IMG/VR virus record: IMGVR_UViG_3300020152_000019
Strand: one strand, 5' to 3'
DNA from: a virus
Length of the DNA stretch: 64,000 bases
Each line of letters opens with the position of its first letter. Position 1 is the first letter of the stretch. The position numbers were made by a program, and so were the translations under genes. The notes beneath the pieces are model-generated. The model was not told the DNA's origin and searched no databases. It saw nothing but the letters and a program-made list of their open reading frames with translations. Shown here piece after piece: positions 1 to 7,855 of the stretch.

Positions 1-56
1 TGGTTAATAGTAATAACTTCATATTGACAATGGACGTGTATTCGACGGAGGGTTAA

Positions 57-617
57 GTGTTAAACATGGCGTTTTTACCGGCTAAAGAAAACCGAGAACT
101 GCAAGCCGAACTTAAACTCGAATACGTTAAGCTGGATTATGTATGTTTCGTGAACGAATTATTGTTCTATCTTAATAACAGAGATCCTCAACTTACCGTA
201 CAAATATGTAATAATCTGTTGTTCGTATTGAACAAGATTTTGCTCGATAATCTATTTAGACATATTGCATATAAGACACCTGAAAGACTAATGGTCTTAC
301 TAGCCAATAGAACGTTTAGCAAGGATATTTATATCAATCCGTTTTACACTTCACAGATCATCGAAGCAACCGGTCTATATATTGAAGATAAAATGGAAGT
401 AGAAAACCATATCAATAAAAAGCTTCAACAGTACATAGACAGCATCTATATGTCTAACTCTGATGCGTTAAACGTTTGCTTGATGAATATGTTTAATGTC
501 ATGTATCAGAACTTTCATCATATCGACTTTTCGCATTTTAAGTTTGAATTACTTGATTACAGACAGCCAATGCTTCTATATACGGAAAGACAGCATGAAG
601 TCCATCTACATACCTGA
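57..617 (+). CDS. hypothetical protein
   Basis: 186-aa ORF, GGAGG Shine-Dalgarno before the GTG start. Confidence 0.7.
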   Translation: MLNMAFLPAKENRELQAELKLEYVKLDYVCFVNELLFYLNNRDPQLTVQICNNLLFVLNKILLDNLFRHIAYKTPERLMVLLANRTFSKDIYINPFYTSQIIEATGLYIEDKMEVENHINKKLQQYIDSIYMSNSDALNVCLMNMFNVMYQNFHHIDFSHFKFELLDYRQPMLLYTERQHEVHLHT

Positions 618-1149
618 ACACCATATAAGAAATCTATTTCACTCTCTTACTTTGAACGATGATTCACGTACTGTTCTGAATAACTTAGTCTTGAAGTTTG
701 ATTACAGTTATTCTAAATTCATGTACATGATTTTTAGTGCTTATGCGAATATGTATGTGAGCGTACTCGATGAACATTCTCGTCTCACGCAACAAGAAGT
801 GAAACGTGCGATGAATAAACTGTCAGTTCTTAGAAGAGAAATTAATGTAAATAATGTTTATGTAGCCGATAAGTATGATATGCTGTATGGTATCACTTGC
901 ACTGGTACTATTGGCAATATGCGGTTTAAAGACTATCTTTACGAAGATATGTATAGTCGGTTGGAAAATCTTCTTGGTGTAGCATACGCTACGAATTACT
1001 TAGAAGATATCTTCGATAGCATCGAATGCATTACGACTTTGATTGAAAGTAATTTAATCTCTGTCAGCGAAGATCCGGAAGATGTTGACGGAAATATTAT
1101 TTTCTATCTCGACATTCAACAAGAGGGTTTGTTATTCATCATAATCTAG
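595..1149 (+). CDS. hypothetical protein
   Basis: ORF-track frame 496..1149; the ATG at 595 (MKSIYIPEHH) overlaps the end of the previous gene and is the more plausible start. Confidence 0.7.
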   Translation: MKSIYIPEHHIRNLFHSLTLNDDSRTVLNNLVLKFDYSYSKFMYMIFSAYANMYVSVLDEHSRLTQQEVKRAMNKLSVLRREINVNNVYVADKYDMLYGITCTGTIGNMRFKDYLYEDMYSRLENLLGVAYATNYLEDIFDSIECITTLIESNLISVSEDPEDVDGNIIFYLDIQQEGLLFIII

Positions 1150-1182
1150 CTATTCCTGCTTAAGGAAAAAAAGGAGTTTAGT

Positions 1183-1539
1183 ATGAAGGATGTTAAAGAA
1201 ATAAGTAACACACCAGAAGGTGTATTAGTAAGACTTAAAGAAAAGATACGTCTTAAATTAGGTTTGGACGTGTACAATCTTAAAGTTCTTATAGATAGAT
1301 TCGTCTCGAACGCCTCTCAGGGCGTAACCAGTAGCAAGACTCATTTTGCTAAGGTAAACATTTACAACGAACTATCGAAACCCAAGATGACGATTAAAGT
1401 CTTCTTTAAGTTTCTAAAGATTATTAACATCAAGTCTGTAAAAATCAGCATTACCGTAGTGACTCCTAAAGACAGAGAAGTGACTGTCACTGAAGAGATT
1501 AACCTCTTTAGTAAAGGAGGACTAGAAGATGAGGAATAA
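1183..1539 (+). CDS. hypothetical basic protein
   Basis: 118-aa ORF with AAGGAG RBS. Confidence 0.75.
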   Translation: MKDVKEISNTPEGVLVRLKEKIRLKLGLDVYNLKVLIDRFVSNASQGVTSSKTHFAKVNIYNELSKPKMTIKVFFKFLKIINIKSVKISITVVTPKDREVTVTEEINLFSKGGLEDEE

Positions 1540-2023
1540 CCTTTATACGGAATACGTCGATATCACTCCTGATCTTGATGCTATTCTCAAGAAGTGTTTT
1601 GTGAATCATCTTCTTGTATACAATCAAGCGTTAGCTTTTCTATATGAAAACGAAGAGCTAACCTTTAAGAACCTTAAGAAAATGATAGTAGCTTATATCG
1701 GTGAAAGGAAGTTATCTCCGATCATTGAAATTGCGTTGTATAACGAAATCTACTATCAATATAAAAAGTTTAAGCGGAACATTAAAATCCAGAAACTTAT
1801 TACAGACATTCAATACTTTACATTTCTTTGTAAGGGTTATACCACAAAGAGTTTAACGGTATCGGATGATCGAAAGACTATTCGTTTCGATGATTTTGCA
1901 GGTCATATAGAACTAAAGAAAGAACTTCCTCCTGTGACAGATGAAGAACTAATCTATATGAATCTGAGCTTTAGTAACATCGAAAACAAGTATATGATTT
2001 CTATTTATCGATCCAGTGGGTAA
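1529..2023 (+). CDS. TnpB-like N-terminal (REC/WED) protein lacking RuvC
   Basis: MRN-x26-VYNQALA has the same spacing as the IS200/IS605 TnpB N-terminus; YKKFKR and the terminal YMISI strand also match; the ORF stops before any RuvC-I motif. Confidence 0.55.
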   Translation: MRNNLYTEYVDITPDLDAILKKCFVNHLLVYNQALAFLYENEELTFKNLKKMIVAYIGERKLSPIIEIALYNEIYYQYKKFKRNIKIQKLITDIQYFTFLCKGYTTKSLTVSDDRKTIRFDDFAGHIELKKELPPVTDEELIYMNLSFSNIENKYMISIYRSSG

Positions 2024-2033
2024 CAGTAAAGAA

Positions 2034-2061
2034 AGCCTCCTAGGGAAAACCCTAGGAGGCT
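2034..2061. terminator. bidirectional intrinsic terminator
   Basis: perfect 12-bp hairpin AGCCTCCTAGGG-AAAA-CCCTAGGAGGCT between convergent genes. Confidence 0.85.
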
Positions 2062-2064
2062 ACT

Positions 2065-2295
2065 TTATTTTTTTACCACAGTGATAGGTTCTTTCAATGC
2101 AGCAGGACATATTAAACTCACTCTTTCGTAAATTGTGTTTAATTTCGCTACGAGATAAATCGTAAAGAATACATTAAGCACTAATATCATGATAGTGAAA
2201 AAACGAATAGGATTGAAGTGCTTACTGGTGATATTATATTCGTCTTTTCTAAACAACACTTTTAATACAAACGTCTCTAACAGTTTTAAATACAT
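2065..2295 (-). CDS. small single-pass membrane protein
   Basis: 76 aa, hydrophobic FFTIMILVLNVFFTIYLVA, GGAG RBS. Confidence 0.65.
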   Translation of the reverse strand: MYLKLLETFVLKVLFRKDEYNITSKHFNPIRFFTIMILVLNVFFTIYLVAKLNTIYERVSLICPAALKEPITVVKK

Positions 2296-2346
2296 AGTTA
2301 TCTCCCCTAGGCCATTTTTTGATTACTTATTGAAGGAACATTTATT

Positions 2347-3666
2347 ATGACTAAAGAAATTAAAGGGTTTATAACCCGTGATGATTTTATCAGCAGTAAT
2401 AATGCTACCGTATCTCCAATATATGAACTTTCTGACATAGGGTTTACCTATGCCAAGAGTAAGTTACAATACTATTCTTCGGTTGATCCGTTATATAGTA
2501 TGTACTTGTTTAAGCTTAAGGAATTGACTAGCTTAAGCCAAACTGAAGTAGATGACATTATTGCAGTAGTGAAGAAGTTTAGCGCATTTTTAACTTCTAC
2601 GCTAGTAACTAATAAGCAACAAGCGATTGTGTTGTTTTTAAACAACTACAACTCTGAGAACCCGACGAAGCCTGTGACGAACTTTAGTTACAACGCTATT
2701 GTTTCTCATAACAACATCAAGACTGTAGATTACATCACATTTAAGATTCATGATGTAGTATGCAATTTCTGGATGAGTGATTCGGTATTTAGAGCGTTCT
2801 ATCCCGAATACGATATTAATGTAGTGCTGCCTTTCCAGAACTTCACATCTATTGTTAACAATACCAGTGAATTCATTAACGCTATTGATCATTTCAACTT
2901 GATTGAATTCAATCGACGTGTAGAAGAAGATAAAAATAACCTTCCGTCTACATATACAAAGATTGTGAATATTCCGTATCGTGTTCCCAACACGACGGTG
3001 ACGAAGAATGTGTACTTTGCATTTAACATTTATGGATTGCAAGGTAACTACGATTACATTCTGAAGCTTGAGTTGTATAACAAGTTAGTGAATGGATTAG
3101 GATTGGATGGTACTTTCATTGAAAATATCTTCCCGACGATTCTGAATATCAATGAGTTCTTCATTACGCCGCGTTGGGATAGAATGGCGATTCCGTCGCA
3201 GATTGGACAGACAGGTATCAATAGCCAAATCTCGTTAAGTTTTGCTGAAACGTTTGATCTTAATAAATTCATTAAGGTCTACAACAACGTTAACTACTTA
3301 AGAGACAATACGTATGATGTGCCTTTTGACTATAACAATATTCTGTTACAAGTAACGAACGGCTATTATACTGAAGCTGAGATTAAAGACTTCGCTGCGT
3401 ATTACAGCGATATGATTACAATCACTTCGACCCATCCTGACTTTGCTCGGATGAAACAAAGAACACAAAAGTTCATTACGCTGTTAGAGAACATGTTGAA
3501 TGTTGCTAACTCTGCTAACTCTACTGAGTTGTTCAACAAGATCTTACAGAACAATGACTATCACTTTACAATTATTTCTAGAAGTGGGGTGAATTACCTG
3601 TCGTTCTTCTATGAAGAACATCAGATCTATGTCATTCCTCGATATGAATTCCTTCAAAATCTCTAA
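2347..3666 (+). CDS. putative virion structural protein (phiKZ-like)
   Basis: 439-aa ORF with RBS; resemblance to phiKZ-group structural proteins recalled, not searched. Confidence 0.55.
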   Translation: MTKEIKGFITRDDFISSNNATVSPIYELSDIGFTYAKSKLQYYSSVDPLYSMYLFKLKELTSLSQTEVDDIIAVVKKFSAFLTSTLVTNKQQAIVLFLNNYNSENPTKPVTNFSYNAIVSHNNIKTVDYITFKIHDVVCNFWMSDSVFRAFYPEYDINVVLPFQNFTSIVNNTSEFINAIDHFNLIEFNRRVEEDKNNLPSTYTKIVNIPYRVPNTTVTKNVYFAFNIYGLQGNYDYILKLELYNKLVNGLGLDGTFIENIFPTILNINEFFITPRWDRMAIPSQIGQTGINSQISLSFAETFDLNKFIKVYNNVNYLRDNTYDVPFDYNNILLQVTNGYYTEAEIKDFAAYYSDMITITSTHPDFARMKQRTQKFITLLENMLNVANSANSTELFNKILQNNDYHFTIISRSGVNYLSFFYEEHQIYVIPRYEFLQNL

Positions 3667-3677
3667 GGAGATAAGAC

Positions 3678-4325
3678 ATGCCTGACGTTACAATAAATAC
3701 ACCAAGTGTAGGCTTGGAAGCTTATTTCACATTCAAAGAGCCAGTGAACTATTACATCCGTAATAAGTTCAATCTTAACTCTCTTTCGATTAAGTTGAAA
3801 GTTATTAGTATCATCTCGATGAAAGATATGATACGTAACGATCTTCGTGATCCTTATACTGAACTTTATGAGCCTGCGGCGATTCCTGAAGTCGAGTATA
3901 AGAAAGACTTAATCGACAATATTCCTGTCGTTTCTTTTTCTTATTACGATAGAAACGGGGTAGAACGGTATATTCGTTCTCCGTTAAACTATATTGATAG
4001 CATGTCGAATGTATCGAATGTAGAATACATTAACAAGCTGTTAGTAGTAGATTTAAATAGATTACCGAAAGAATTAGATACCACTGTTTTCTTTTCTGAT
4101 CTTGCTGACTTTGTTGAATCTCGATTAGGTATTGTGCCTGAGATTAAAGAAGTAGCAGTAGGTCAAGTGGAGTTAGTTGACACTAATGAACACGAGACGA
4201 GAGAAACAGTACGAACCAATATGATTACAGTACATAAAACTTTACAAGTTCAACTTGAAGAAGCGAATTTACGTCATGATCAAATATTAGAACGCCTGCA
4301 AACATTGGGGATTTCTTTAGGCTAA
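3678..4325 (+). CDS. putative virion structural protein
   Basis: 215 aa, AAGGAG RBS, co-oriented with the previous gene. Confidence 0.5.
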   Translation: MPDVTINTPSVGLEAYFTFKEPVNYYIRNKFNLNSLSIKLKVISIISMKDMIRNDLRDPYTELYEPAAIPEVEYKKDLIDNIPVVSFSYYDRNGVERYIRSPLNYIDSMSNVSNVEYINKLLVVDLNRLPKELDTTVFFSDLADFVESRLGIVPEIKEVAVGQVELVDTNEHETRETVRTNMITVHKTLQVQLEEANLRHDQILERLQTLGISLG

Positions 4326-4373
4326 GGGAAACCGCCATGAAATCATGTGACTTTTTGAAAAGGAGCCGAAATC

Positions 4374-4781
4374 ATGGCTAGCTCATTTACACAGGAAGAT
4401 ATTAGACTATTAGAGAAGACAATTTCTATTCGAGAACGTGTCTTAGATAAGTTAATTGAGAATGGCAATATCTCTACTTCTGCTAAAGATGTCGAAGCTT
4501 TAACCGGTTTAGCAGACAGTATGGATAGAAGTATTTTCACTAAAGCGAAAATTAGTATTGATGAAGCGAATAGCAAAGTTAATGAAGAAACGAAAGAAGT
4601 TCTGCGTGATCTTCTATTGGATCTCCATAAGAACAATGCTGTTCCAACTGCTTCCGCAAATCAACCAGCGAAGGAAGCACCTTCTTTTGAACCTCGTGGG
4701 TTAGAAGTGAAGGAAGGTGAATTAATTCCGAAACATGATCAGACTGATGTGAATCAGTTCTTAGAATCTCGTCAAACGTAA
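4374..4781 (+). CDS. hypothetical protein
   Basis: 135 aa, AAGGAG RBS. Confidence 0.75.
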   Translation: MASSFTQEDIRLLEKTISIRERVLDKLIENGNISTSAKDVEALTGLADSMDRSIFTKAKISIDEANSKVNEETKEVLRDLLLDLHKNNAVPTASANQPAKEAPSFEPRGLEVKEGELIPKHDQTDVNQFLESRQT

Positions 4782-4783
4782 AC

Positions 4784-4816
4784 AAGACTACTGGAGGTTA
4801 TGCCTCCAGTAGTCTT
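4784..4816. terminator. bidirectional intrinsic terminator
   Basis: 14-bp hairpin AAGACTACTGGAGG/CCTCCAGTAGTCTT between convergent genes. Confidence 0.85.
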
Positions 4817-5052
4817 TAATATTTCACTTTACTATTTAATAACTGCGTTGAAGTATTAAACTCAGCAGGTTTATTAGTACTAGCGATATAGATGGCTTTT
4901 TCCGTAGTTAATTCATCAGCTTCTATTTCAGCTTGAAACTTTTTATAGAAACTATCCGAATCAACTTTATTCGGAAGGATTACTTTTTCATCAGTAATTT
5001 CCGTATTGATAATCACGTCTATGGGCTGTTTCGCTAAGAAATCGTTAAGCAT
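4816..5052 (-). CDS. hypothetical protein
   Basis: 78 aa, start overlaps the stop of the upstream minus-strand gene. Confidence 0.65.
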   Translation of the reverse strand: MLNDFLAKQPIDVIINTEITDEKVILPNKVDSDSFYKKFQAEIEADELTTEKAIYIASTNKPAEFNTSTQLLNSKVKY

Positions 5053-6274
5053 ATTGAGTTCCTAAAAACACTTCAGTCGTTGGATGCATATCATGCGTTC
5101 TATGCGAAGTATCGACATAATCAATCTTCTCTAGATGTTCCTTTTCTGCAGGAGTAACAGCAGGCATGACTTTTTCGAAATCAAAGTCGCTAAAAGAACC
5201 AGACTCATGGGTTCTAGTCGCTACATCAGCAGACGTGCATGAGTTCTTTTTAAACTCTTGTACTTTAGTAAACAGTCCTCTTTCCAATTCTGAAAGATTA
5301 TACGTATTGACAGAGTTAAGATCCACGTTTTGAATATTCTTCGCCATACTACCAAGCTTATCAGAAAGATTCGAATACTGAATATTCTTATCTCTTCTTT
5401 CCGTGTGAATCAATGGCAGTTTAATTAATTCACCGCGTGCAGAAAGAAGGTTTCTATATTCATTACTGTGTGAAGGATATTGAGTAAGTTGTTGATCAAT
5501 ATCGTAAATATACTCTCTTCTAGCAGAGTGACTTATTTCAGAGTTTCTTAAGTTCAGTAAGTTATTTTTAAAGTTTCCAGATCTAGCACTCATAGTGAAA
5601 TCATTTCTACTTACCGGGGTAAGAAGAGGGATAGGTGATTTCGCATTAAGGTAACTAGCGTAAGTTTGTGTAAAGTTATTAAAGGTATTGGCAGCATTCA
5701 TCACTATACCTTTAGGACTAATGATTTTCTCAATAGACGAAAGAGGACCAGAAGCTTTCATTTCGGATTGAGTAAAACCTTTACAATACCGATCTAACCA
5801 ACTAAGCAATAACGCCGTAAGCAGACCTGCAATGATGTTTTTGTTTAAGGCGTAACCCAACATAAACAATTTTAAGAAGTCAAGATTATTACAAAGAAAT
5901 TTACTACCGACATGCAGTAAATCTTTCATAAAGTCTTTTACACCACCTAAATCTAACTTCTTAAGAGAGTCAAAGATGTCTTTAACGATATCTGGCATTT
6001 CTAAGTTACTAATAGCGTCTATGGCCGCATTAAGTGCGTCCTTTAGGGTTTGCATTACCTCGGACGTAGCGTTCATTATAGCGTCTTGTAGATCGCTTAA
6101 AGAACTACTTACCTTTTCGATTAATTCATCTTTTTCTTTTGCTTCTGCAATCGCTGAATTAATAATTTCATCGACGCTATTATAAACCGAATTATCATTT
6201 AACTTACTAAAATCTACGGTAGGTAAGTTAGTTTCTTTATCTAAATACTTAAACCTTTGTGCTGCTATCGACAT
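5045..6274 (-). CDS. hypothetical protein
   Basis: 409-aa ORF, helical N-terminus. Confidence 0.8.
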   Translation of the reverse strand: MSIAAQRFKYLDKETNLPTVDFSKLNDNSVYNSVDEIINSAIAEAKEKDELIEKVSSSLSDLQDAIMNATSEVMQTLKDALNAAIDAISNLEMPDIVKDIFDSLKKLDLGGVKDFMKDLLHVGSKFLCNNLDFLKLFMLGYALNKNIIAGLLTALLLSWLDRYCKGFTQSEMKASGPLSSIEKIISPKGIVMNAANTFNNFTQTYASYLNAKSPIPLLTPVSRNDFTMSARSGNFKNNLLNLRNSEISHSARREYIYDIDQQLTQYPSHSNEYRNLLSARGELIKLPLIHTERRDKNIQYSNLSDKLGSMAKNIQNVDLNSVNTYNLSELERGLFTKVQEFKKNSCTSADVATRTHESGSFSDFDFEKVMPAVTPAEKEHLEKIDYVDTSHRTHDMHPTTEVFLGTQYA

Positions 6275-7058
6275 GACCTTTCTCCTCTTCAGAATCCTTA
6301 GACAGTGGTTCGTCCTTCAATACATCATTAAACTTATCTAGGTATAGAGAAGCCGTAACTAGATTGCTGTAGAATACAGCAGGTAAGAAATTTACGTTAG
6401 CCACAGTGGAGAACAGATATTCGGTGTAAGAGAACAAGTCTTTAAATCCAAGATCATTAATTCTTTTTAACTCCTTCTGATCAGGTGTTTCAAAGAACAA
6501 TGCAGGAAAATAAAGCAATACATCTGGTAGTTTTGTTTTTTCTAAAGAAGCAGAATGATGATTCATCCATTCTTTAAAGTTATAAATAAAGCAAGTAATG
6601 ATTCCATTAGTGCTGATGAAATAAGGACTTACTTCTTTCGGAGGAAAATTAATTACGTTTACTAATGTGTTCGTATCAAGCTTGACAAACAACATGTTCT
6701 GCAACGCTTTCATTTGCGATTCAGAAAACTTAAACGGATACACGTTTAAGATCACTTCTGGTATTTTCTTCTCATTGTAGAAATTATTTCTTTTCTCTAA
6801 ATTACTAAGCTTCGATTTGAGAGAAATGAGAATGTGTGTGACCACACTAAATGGAATAAGATCAACCGTTTTATTACTATTGATTCTATCGTAGTCTTCT
6901 TGATTCACGACAGAGAACTTATCGATTTGCCGAAAGTTATATTCTTCAGAATTCAGATAAGTAGTTAATTCGTCTTTCTTTAACAGTTGAAGTAGAATAG
7001 CTCCTCTGACATCTAACAGCGATTCAATATCAACGTAGATTTTGGAAGTTTCTTTCAT
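6249..7058 (-). CDS. conserved jumbo-phage hypothetical protein (possibly degenerate HAD-like fold)
   Basis: 269 aa, N-terminal IYVDIESLLDVR; directly downstream of the vRNAP subunit. Confidence 0.6.
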   Translation of the reverse strand: MKETSKIYVDIESLLDVRGAILLQLLKKDELTTYLNSEEYNFRQIDKFSVVNQEDYDRINSNKTVDLIPFSVVTHILISLKSKLSNLEKRNNFYNEKKIPEVILNVYPFKFSESQMKALQNMLFVKLDTNTLVNVINFPPKEVSPYFISTNGIITCFIYNFKEWMNHHSASLEKTKLPDVLLYFPALFFETPDQKELKRINDLGFKDLFSYTEYLFSTVANVNFLPAVFYSNLVTASLYLDKFNDVLKDEPLSKDSEEEKGHVDSSTKV

Positions 7059-7059
7059 A

Positions 7060-7725
7060 TTAAATACTATTCGAAATATGCATCGCAGTGAGATAGGTCT
7101 TTAATGTCTTAGTGGATTCCACTCCACTAGAGTATTCCGACAATGTTTTCAGATTTGCATTACCATATCGTAAGAACATTGCGTTATATGCATTAAAGCC
7201 ATTTCTATCACCACCGCGATAGCGAATGAGTTCAGAGATAGTGTTATCCAATCCCATACCGATAAGAACTTGTAATTCCGGATACGAGATCTTCGCGCCT
7301 TTACTTTCACCGGTAGGTTGGAACGTAAGTTCGTCAATAACTTTGTTGTGCTCAGGAATACTGGTTTTCTTTAGCAGCGTTTGTGATTGACGACGATAAG
7401 GTAGATCCACAACTAGATACTTGATCGGTGTTTTATAATCAGGAGCATCCGTGTTATTGGTAAATACTAAATGCTCGAAGAATTCAAGACCGTATTTCTC
7501 AGCGATCTTCAGATTGTTTTCCACCGTAATCGAGTTAGCTTGGTACATCGGTTTAAAGATAACGAGATACTTCTTACCGTCTCGGATATCTTTCATGTAA
7601 GTGTCGAAGTCTTTGTCGGACATATTGGCAAAGATCTTCTTATATTGTTCGATATTATACCCAGTAGGTTCGATATCTTTTAAGAAATCCAAGATGAATT
7701 TCTCGGCAGCTTTTCGGTTAGCCAT
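7060..7725 (-). CDS. virion RNA polymerase beta subunit, C-terminal fragment (phiKZ gp149-like)
   Basis: RRQSQTLLKK...QPTGESKGAKISYPELQVL parallels the RNAP beta C-terminal QP.GG...GGQR.GEME region; start at MANRK. Confidence 0.8.
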   Translation of the reverse strand: MANRKAAEKFILDFLKDIEPTGYNIEQYKKIFANMSDKDFDTYMKDIRDGKKYLVIFKPMYQANSITVENNLKIAEKYGLEFFEHLVFTNNTDAPDYKTPIKYLVVDLPYRRQSQTLLKKTSIPEHNKVIDELTFQPTGESKGAKISYPELQVLIGMGLDNTISELIRYRGGDRNGFNAYNAMFLRYGNANLKTLSEYSSGVESTKTLKTYLTAMHISNSI

Positions 7726-7855
7726 GGTAAATCCTTCACAAATATCAGTCAAAGTATCGAAAGAAATATAGAAAATAACAGTTGAGTTATCACGGCTATC
7801 CCTTGTGACTGAGGATCATTCTGTGAGTTTCCCTTATAAGTAAAGGAGTTTAGAG

